Notes under the pieces: generated by a model
Seen by the model: the letters and a program-made list of their open reading frames with translations, nothing else
Databases searched by the model: none
What the model was told of the DNA's origin: nothing
Made by a program: the position numbers and the translations under genes
In this document: positions 63,498-64,000 of the stretch, piece by piece
How positions within the stretch are numbered: position 1 is the stretch's first letter
How the letters are laid out: each line of letters opens with the position of its first letter
Assembly: GCA_016930235.1 (NCBI GenBank)
Contig: JAFGHI010000047.1
Location: forward strand, 8,534 to 72,533
Source of the DNA: Candidatus Omnitrophota bacterium
Lineage (GTDB): Bacteria; Omnitrophota; Omnitrophia; Omnitrophales; Aquincolibacteriaceae
DNA: 64,000 nt
Direction: 5' to 3'

Positions 63498-64000
63498 GTG
63501 CTTCAGAACGCTGCTCAACAAATGACAGAGCATGCAGAAGAAACATCTCACGCAGCTCATGAACTCCCCAACTTCATAACACTCCTTTATCAAAAATTCC
63601 CAGAAAATCCCGCGATCCATTTTTTACATCAATGGGAAAATATTGTTTTTGCAGGCCTAGCAGCATGCCTGATTTGTCTTGTTTCATTTTTAGCCTTACG
63701 CCAAAAAACAAAAATTCCAAGCAGCATTCAGAATTTCGTTGAAATCCTAGTTTCAAGCATTGACGCCTTCGTCACCGGGATTCTCGGTGAACATGGCCGT
63801 CGGCATATTCCTTTTCTAGGTACTATTTTTTTCTATATCCTTCTCATGAATTTAAGCGGTCTTATCCCATTGATGAAATCCCCTACCTCAGCTTGGAGTA
63901 CAACCTTTGCTGTTGCTATGGTTACAATGATTTACATTCAAATTACTGGCATTCAGGAACAAGGCATTGCTAATTATCTGAAACACATGGCCGGAAGTCC
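63498..64000 (+). CDS. atpB: F0F1 ATP synthase subunit a, N-terminal part (runs off window)
   Basis: Manual translation from GTG after GGAAGG: ..ELPNFITLL..IPSSIQNFVE..ILGEHGRRHIPFLGTIFFYILLMNLSGLIPLMKSPTS. Confidence 0.93.
   Translation, partial: MLQNAAQQMTEHAEETSHAAHELPNFITLLYQKFPENPAIHFLHQWENIVFAGLAACLICLVSFLALRQKTKIPSSIQNFVEILVSSIDAFVTGILGEHGRRHIPFLGTIFFYILLMNLSGLIPLMKSPTSAWSTTFAVAMVTMIYIQITGIQEQGIANYLKHMAGS

Overview
This is a bacterial core-genome window, about 95% coding and almost entirely on the minus strand, with no phage, IS or CRISPR signal. From right to left it holds the start of the atp operon (+), an M28 peptidase (+), an AsmA-like gene and tRNA-Gly. Then comes a ~32.6 kb co-oriented block: tRNA-Thr, tuf, tRNA-Trp, secE, nusG, rplKAJL, rpoBC, rpsLG, fusA, the S10/spc/alpha clusters and an aminotransferase. 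After that come mfd-surA-pdxA-rsmA, pfkA-prmA with unknown membrane proteins, gatCAB-tsaD-mgtC and hisG-bS22-ispE-tRNA-Gln. The window ends with clpX, two sugar permeases, glmU-prs-rplY-pth and rpsF-ssb-rpsR-rplI-dnaB-bamA. The EF-Tu switch-I variant, the absence of rpmD, the absence of tuf after fusA and the dnaB-bamA linkage point to the PVC superphylum, plausibly Omnitrophota (inference). The best leads are: bL17 ending in a long charged linker plus a MinD-like amphipathic helix (possible membrane tether for ribosomes); an unannotated 19-aa Lys/Arg peptide gene with its own RBS and terminator; a minimal 637-aa Mfd; orphan sugar permeases coupled between clpX and glmU; a pseudoknot-capable spacer where rpmG normally sits; and a recurring TAAC-N17-GTTA intergenic palindrome.
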